Below are positions 54,420-59,112 of a stretch of 59,112 nucleotides of DNA, piece by piece. Where the stretch lies: positions 1 through 59,112 of the IMG/VR virus record IMGVR_UViG_3300022923_000017; one strand, written 5' to 3'. Under the pieces are notes generated by a model, which had not been told where the DNA came from, made no database searches, and saw nothing but the letters and a program-made list of their open reading frames with translations. The stretch is from a virus (taxonomy: Duplodnaviria; Caudoviricetes). The translations under genes were made by a program, and so were the position numbers. Every line of letters begins with the position of its first letter. Positions within the stretch are counted from its first letter, which is position 1.

Positions 54420-54542
54420 TTTTTCAATTTTCTAGGCCATTTTTTTAAAAAGTGCACAAGTCGTTGGTTGTCAACGATATAGACCTGTGTACATTTGTGC
54501 GTCGATATGGTATAATAGATCTATCACCAACCAATAGAACTT
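54418..54542 (+). repeat. promoter cassette copy 4
   Basis: CAATTTTCTAGGC...GCACAAGTCGTTGGTTGTCAACG...TGTACA(54488)-17-TATAAT(54511)...ACCAACCA. Confidence 0.75.
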
Positions 54543-54638
54543 ATGAAAACACTAAAAGAAATCGCACTCTCCAGCTTAGTTGGAATCTTAATTGGCCTCG
54601 CTGCTTATGCAGGTCTTTGCCTTGCAATCCCCGCATAA
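54543..54638 (+). CDS. 31-aa single-TM peptide
   Basis: MKTLKEIALSSLVGILIGLAAYAGLCLAIPA, first ORF after cassette. Confidence 0.5.
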   Translation: MKTLKEIALSSLVGILIGLAAYAGLCLAIPA

Positions 54639-54721
54639 CATGACCTACCGATATCAATCGCGGCTTGCTCGTAAAGCGCCGCTTTTTCAAAGAATACTCT
54701 TAAAACTCAACGAACTATATT

Positions 54722-55168
54722 ATGACAAAAACAGAAAAACTCAACTTACTCAAGACTCTCCTCAACGATATGGTCCATCTCAATTGGACTGAATCAAAAC
54801 GTAAGGAACTCATCTCCGCCGCTATTCGTAACGGCCTCGAGGAAAAAGACACATACGTGGCGCTTAAGCCTATTTCAAAATCCTCGACGACTAAAGGCTG
54901 CTACGTAGTGGCGGAAATGCTTACACTCGTCGAAGCTGCAATGCGTAAACTCGTCGAAGGTGCAATGAATAAAAATGTACCTGCGAAAAAGGCAAAGAAG
55001 GTATCGCTCTCCCCAGAACAATTGGGTGGTCTTCGTGAAGTAGCTAATGACAGCCCTAGTGGCAAGGTCGTTAACGTAGTCACAGGAGGTGTATATGCCT
55101 TCGACGCTCTTCCTTATACTCAAGACGATATTGACGAAGAACTTAACCTCATGAACACAACACTATAA
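54722..55168 (+). CDS. hypothetical early protein
   Basis: 148-aa ORF, ATTATG context. Confidence 0.6.
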   Translation: MTKTEKLNLLKTLLNDMVHLNWTESKRKELISAAIRNGLEEKDTYVALKPISKSSTTKGCYVVAEMLTLVEAAMRKLVEGAMNKNVPAKKAKKVSLSPEQLGGLREVANDSPSGKVVNVVTGGVYAFDALPYTQDDIDEELNLMNTTL

Positions 55169-55413
55169 TGTATACAAACTCAAATAGACACCGCATGCTA
55201 ACTAATGAATACTCCATCGAAGGTGATGCAGAAATGCTAACTAACGAATATACTATCGGTGACGATGTACAATTTAAAACAAGTGAGAACTCTCATGCGA
55301 ATGGCAAGGTTTCTGGCTTCAAGAAAGATGGACGTGTCTATGTTGATACTGGAGACGGTGGAGCCCGAGGAATATATTTGATTGAAACAAACAAAATTAC
55401 TACTAGATTATGA
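55168..55413 (+). CDS. hypothetical protein with internal 13-aa duplication
   Basis: MLTNEYSIEGDAE / MLTNEYTIGDDVQ. Confidence 0.55.
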   Translation: MYTNSNRHRMLTNEYSIEGDAEMLTNEYTIGDDVQFKTSENSHANGKVSGFKKDGRVYVDTGDGGARGIYLIETNKITTRL

Positions 55414-55979
55414 TTATATTGACTGACTGCGATGGCGTCCTTCTCAACTGGAGCCAAAGTTACCACTGGTGGATGCACCGTAAAGGGTATCGCCAAGTAA
55501 AACCAAACGAGTACTTCATGGATAAGTGCTATGGCATTACGAGCGATGAAGCTCTTGAGCTATGCACAACATTCTGTGAGTCAGCTGCGATTGGCTTTCT
55601 TCCTCCATTTCGAGATGCTATTAAGTATGTTCGAAAGTTACACGAAGAGCACGGCGTAGTGTTTCATTGTATTACATCAATGGGAACTGATCCATGGGCT
55701 GTTAAGCTACGAGAAGAGAATCTTGCTCGAGTCTTCGGAGAAGGAGTATTCGAAAGAGTACACTGCCTTGGATGTGGTGAAAGCAAGAAAGCTGCTCTTG
55801 AACGATATGAAGACTCTGATTTTGTTTGGGTCGAGGACAAAGCATCTAACGCAGAACTTGGCCAAAAAATGGGCCTAAATAGTTTCTTACTAAACCATCC
55901 ATATAACACTGATTACGATTTAAATGAGAGTGTTACACGAGTTAATAATTGGAAAGAAATTTATGACCACATCGCTTGA
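55410..55979 (+). CDS. HAD-family phosphatase/nucleotidase (T4 30.2-like)
   Basis: ILTDCDGVL, ITS, WVEDK..N. Confidence 0.8.
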   Translation: MIILTDCDGVLLNWSQSYHWWMHRKGYRQVKPNEYFMDKCYGITSDEALELCTTFCESAAIGFLPPFRDAIKYVRKLHEEHGVVFHCITSMGTDPWAVKLREENLARVFGEGVFERVHCLGCGESKKAALERYEDSDFVWVEDKASNAELGQKMGLNSFLLNHPYNTDYDLNESVTRVNNWKEIYDHIA

Positions 55980-56232
55980 ACACATGTTAGGAATTGCATA
56001 TAACGCATGCTTTATTAGTTGCTATTGGCCACAGATCATAAAGTCTGTTAAGTCAAAGTCAGTTGAAGACGTCAGCCTTATGCTATATATCTTATCGATT
56101 ATTGGATATGCTGCTGCGGCTGGATACGCAATCCTTCGATTCGGGTGTGACTTTTGGCTTCTATTCAACTACATCCTCAGTGGAATATCAGCTGTTATCA
56201 TGATTGTGGTGTACTACAAATACAAGAAATGA
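55963..56232 (+). CDS. PQ-loop / SemiSWEET-like three-TM protein
   Basis: WPQIIKSVKSKSVEDVS plus three hydrophobic helices. Confidence 0.75.
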   Translation: MTTSLEHMLGIAYNACFISCYWPQIIKSVKSKSVEDVSLMLYILSIIGYAAAAGYAILRFGCDFWLLFNYILSGISAVIMIVVYYKYKK

Positions 56233-56237
56233 TCTCT

Positions 56238-56372
56238 AATTTTTCAATTTTCTAGGCGGTTATTTTAAAAAGTGCACAAGTAGCTGATTATCAACTATAT
56301 AAACTTATGTACTTTTAGGGCCCAATATGGTATAATTAATACTGTAACCAACCAATAAGGAACATAACAATT
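56238..56372 (+). repeat. promoter cassette copy 5
   Basis: CAATTTTCTAGGC...GCACAAGTAGCTGATTATCAAC...TGTACT(56308)-17-TATAAT(56331)...ACCAACCA. Confidence 0.75.
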
Positions 56373-56642
56373 ATGACAAATACAGAAAAAACTCAAACTA
56401 CTCCAGTAACTATCGGCGACGTATGCGACGCGATCCAAGTCATCGTCAATGCATCAAAGGTCATGGGCGCTAAGAGCCTTGGTCGTATCGTAACTGACGA
56501 GCTTTATGGCTCTCATGATGCAGCTTACATCGCGATGCTAGAAATCGCAGGTGAGCGTGCCAAAACCCTTCAGCAAGATGCTTATATGGCAGCCAATGTT
56601 GATAGTATCGTCTCTTGCGGCGGTGTTCTCTCTAAACGATAA
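56373..56642 (+). CDS. hypothetical early protein
   Basis: First ORF after cassette. Confidence 0.6.
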   Translation: MTNTEKTQTTPVTIGDVCDAIQVIVNASKVMGAKSLGRIVTDELYGSHDAAYIAMLEIAGERAKTLQQDAYMAANVDSIVSCGGVLSKR

Positions 56643-56685
56643 GTCTCACTTCGGGGAGCAGCATCCTACACTGCACATTTATATT

Positions 56686-56946
56686 ATGAAAATATACACT
56701 AAAAACATCAAGAAAGATTTTACTTGCACGTGTAAAAATATTCATAACGGATATCAACTCCTGTTTAATTTTCCAAACAACTATACCGCGAGTGTAGTTG
56801 AGCACGATTATAGTAACGGGTTAGAAATCGCAGTATTAGATTCTAATGGGACTATCACATATGATACTCCTATTACAGATGACACCTTAGGGTATCTAAC
56901 CGATGATCAAGCAAACGACATTTTAGGAAAAATATCAAGACTATGA
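56686..56946 (+). CDS. conserved phage hypothetical protein
   Basis: FPNNYTASVV...EIAVL...YDTPITDD.LGYL. Confidence 0.65.
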   Translation: MKIYTKNIKKDFTCTCKNIHNGYQLLFNFPNNYTASVVEHDYSNGLEIAVLDSNGTITYDTPITDDTLGYLTDDQANDILGKISRL

Positions 56947-57146
56947 ACGCTAACATTAGAGCAATTTTAGGATTAGATGAACCACCGACGCGTGAGGTAA
57001 CTCGCAATCGTAAAGGTGTAATGTCGTATTCCTCTAAAGATGCGGGGTGCATACAACTCTTCACCAACGATAGTTGGGAACGAAACAAGAAGTACTATGT
57101 GCCGAATGGTCCACGTAGCTGTGTTAAGAACTTTATGAGAGGATAA
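56943..57146 (+). CDS. hypothetical protein
   Basis: ATGA overlap with previous gene. Confidence 0.5.
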   Translation: MNANIRAILGLDEPPTREVTRNRKGVMSYSSKDAGCIQLFTNDSWERNKKYYVPNGPRSCVKNFMRG

Positions 57147-57148
57147 CT

Positions 57149-57322
57149 ATGAACGATATTATTGACAACCTACAAGAGAAGTGCTTTGCGATGCTTGGCA
57201 CTATTAACGTCCTTAAGCACGCTGAAGCTCAAACAGACGAGCTCACTACTAAGTTTAACACAGACCTAACAGAGCTCATGAAGGCTGGTTCGCCATTCTT
57301 CGCTCAACCTCCAGAAAAATAA
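57149..57322 (+). CDS. hypothetical protein (57 aa)
   Basis: Manual translation MNDIIDNLQEKCFAMLG...; fills gap. Confidence 0.45.
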   Translation: MNDIIDNLQEKCFAMLGTINVLKHAEAQTDELTTKFNTDLTELMKAGSPFFAQPPEK

Positions 57323-57324
57323 TT

Positions 57325-57585
57325 ATGATGAGATATAACGATGTAGAATTTAGACCAGCAACCGTGGACGCCCGCGCCGAGATTGTTGCTTGGACTTATA
57401 GCGAGAGCTTAGACAGGGAAACTTGTATTACTCTCTGTTGGATCATGGGAGATAGCGAAGGTTACTATATGAAAACTGCCGGGGATCGATATGTTGAGTA
57501 TGAAGATATGATAGCTCTAAACCACGTTGCTAAGTATGCACTGCGGTCACTGAATATACAACTTGAATTTGAGGAAAGATTATGA
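57325..57585 (+). CDS. hypothetical protein
   Basis: 86-aa ORF. Confidence 0.55.
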   Translation: MMRYNDVEFRPATVDARAEIVAWTYSESLDRETCITLCWIMGDSEGYYMKTAGDRYVEYEDMIALNHVAKYALRSLNIQLEFEERL

Positions 57586-57685
57586 GTGAAGTAATATATA
57601 TAATCACCGCAGTAGTTTCAGTTGCTGCATTCTGTAGATTTGTGTGGTGGGTAGTTAAAGTTAATCCAGAGAAGAAGAAATAATT

Positions 57686-58327
57686 ATGAAACATGTACTA
57701 TATATTGGACAGCCATATGATCCTCTTGATGAGGTCGATATTCAGAATAGAAAAAAGGTTGGCATTACGCAATCAGTTGATAAGCTACCGATTAGAGAAG
57801 GCCAACTTAAGCGTGACGCTGGGACAATCATGCCATTCGGTTATGTTGTAGTGAAAGCGTGGGAGTTTAAAGAAGAGGTTGCTAGCGATGTAGAAAAGCT
57901 AATTCATAACATCCGTCAACCTTATGCTGGCGAATGGATTTTAGATGAAGACCTGAGCTTAGTAGATGCAATAACGTGCTTGATAGATAACTTAAAATAT
58001 GAATCAAGTGAAATTGATTTAGGCACATACACAAATAACGAAGAAGTTAAAAAGGCTCGCCAATCAAACTCTTGGGCAAAGTTAGAACGAGAGTTGTATG
58101 AAAAAATTGGTGAAGTGGAATTGACTATTGATACGTGGAAGCGCTTTAAACCCGCGGAAGGGATTTTGAAAGAAGATGGCTATTATGTCGATGGCCAGCA
58201 ATATAGTACCATTGCAAAAGCGTGCAGATGCATAGTAGGAAATTCTAGTTATTGCTATAAAGCGTTTAAGATAAACGGTAGGGCAATCGCTGAAGTGATG
58301 AAAGAAAACAACATTGACGTCGTATAA
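57686..58327 (+). CDS. T5orf172/GIY-YIG-like domain with possible RAMA-like C-terminal domain
   Basis: LYI..KKVGIT..RE..L..MPF..VEKLIH..GEW; GILKEDG..VDGQQYSTIAKAC. Confidence 0.55.
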   Translation: MKHVLYIGQPYDPLDEVDIQNRKKVGITQSVDKLPIREGQLKRDAGTIMPFGYVVVKAWEFKEEVASDVEKLIHNIRQPYAGEWILDEDLSLVDAITCLIDNLKYESSEIDLGTYTNNEEVKKARQSNSWAKLERELYEKIGEVELTIDTWKRFKPAEGILKEDGYYVDGQQYSTIAKACRCIVGNSSYCYKAFKINGRAIAEVMKENNIDVV

Positions 58328-58470
58328 GTAATAACATGAAAAAATCATTCAACGAACGAAAGAACGACAACGGACCACTTCAGTTACACGAGAAGGTGAT
58401 CATTAGCTCATTTTCACTATGCATTTTTGTATGCCTCTGTATTTGGTTAAGCTGCCTATAAATTAAGTTG

Positions 58471-58499
58471 TTTACAAAGGAACTAAAATAGTATATAAT
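58471..58499 (+). promoter_or_regulatory. early-type promoter
   Basis: GTTTACA-17-TATAAT, ATG 7 nt downstream. Confidence 0.75.
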
Positions 58500-58506
58500 A
58501 CATATT

Positions 58507-59082
58507 ATGGAAATTACAATAGAGCATTACGAAGAAAAGTTTACATACGAAAGTAAACACGATTCAATGGGGATGAGTGACCTGACCGAGAAGTTATACG
58601 GTCTATGCATTGCCGCTGGGTATCATCCAGATACTGTAGGTGAGTGCTTCTTTGAAAAAGGTCGAGAAATGACAGAGCATCTTTATCCAAATGATAAAGC
58701 CGAAGTTGATTTTGATCCTGCTGAAGATGTAGTGTCTTCAGGTGTCTCTGATCCAATTCAAGGTAGTTGGGCCAGTGTGCCGGCAGCTCCCAGTTGGGCA
58801 GGATTGCCAGATGTTGTAGTTAAAAGCCGATATAATGAGGATCGAAAATTCACTATCATAGCTAAGAATTGTGTTGAGTATTCCTTTGAAGATAATGGTC
58901 ATGTTGGATGTTCTCGAAATGATGATGGGAGTCTAGAGTCAGTTGACCCAAGTGGTGGACCATATATTGCTGTAGGTACAAATCTCGGTGATGTGCATAA
59001 GGACTTAGACGGATTAACTGTTACGGAGATCAAGCGCAGTGATACCAAATCAGGTTCTTACTATCTCACAGTAAAAGACTAA
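58507..59082 (+). CDS. hypothetical protein
   Basis: 191-aa ORF under promoter; VDPSGGPYI motif. Confidence 0.6.
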   Translation: MEITIEHYEEKFTYESKHDSMGMSDLTEKLYGLCIAAGYHPDTVGECFFEKGREMTEHLYPNDKAEVDFDPAEDVVSSGVSDPIQGSWASVPAAPSWAGLPDVVVKSRYNEDRKFTIIAKNCVEYSFEDNGHVGCSRNDDGSLESVDPSGGPYIAVGTNLGDVHKDLDGLTVTEIKRSDTKSGSYYLTVKD

Positions 59083-59112
59083 CTATAAAATTATGAAAGT
59101 AAAAATCAAAGC

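Noticed and set aside
10522-56372. Dispersed cassettes as CRISPR repeats, att sites or IS ends
   Set aside because: Not tandem, no spacers, no integrase or transposase, and always positioned as promoters

Overview
A 59 kb segment of a large T4-like (Tevenvirinae/marine myovirus-type) dsDNA phage genome, essentially all coded on the + strand. Gene order: head module (core, gp21, gp22, gp23, gp3), uvsY-uvsW, gp55, gp47/46, vWA + MoxR/CobS AAA pair, gp45/44/62, regA, hsp20, gp43, an AEP/prim-pol-like gene, and small accessory ORFs. Next come three tRNAs plus a 68-nt tmRNA-like RNA, a cytosine-modification module (gp42, DenB-like, dCMP deaminase, alpha-glucosyltransferase, atypical C5-MTase), uvsX-gp41, a ~10 kb late cluster, nrdB/nrdA, rnh and more accessory genes. 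The four most striking signals are: (1) late proteins with T4-type capsid-targeting N-termini, plus apparent polyproteins split by repeated gp21 cleavage linkers, suggesting a protease-processed, virion-delivered payload; (2) a minimal tmRNA lacking the mRNA domain; (3) a C5-MTase-like enzyme with altered SAM-binding motifs inside an hmC/glucosyl operon; (4) pervasive leaderless gene starts. All family calls come from motif recognition and synteny, not database searches.
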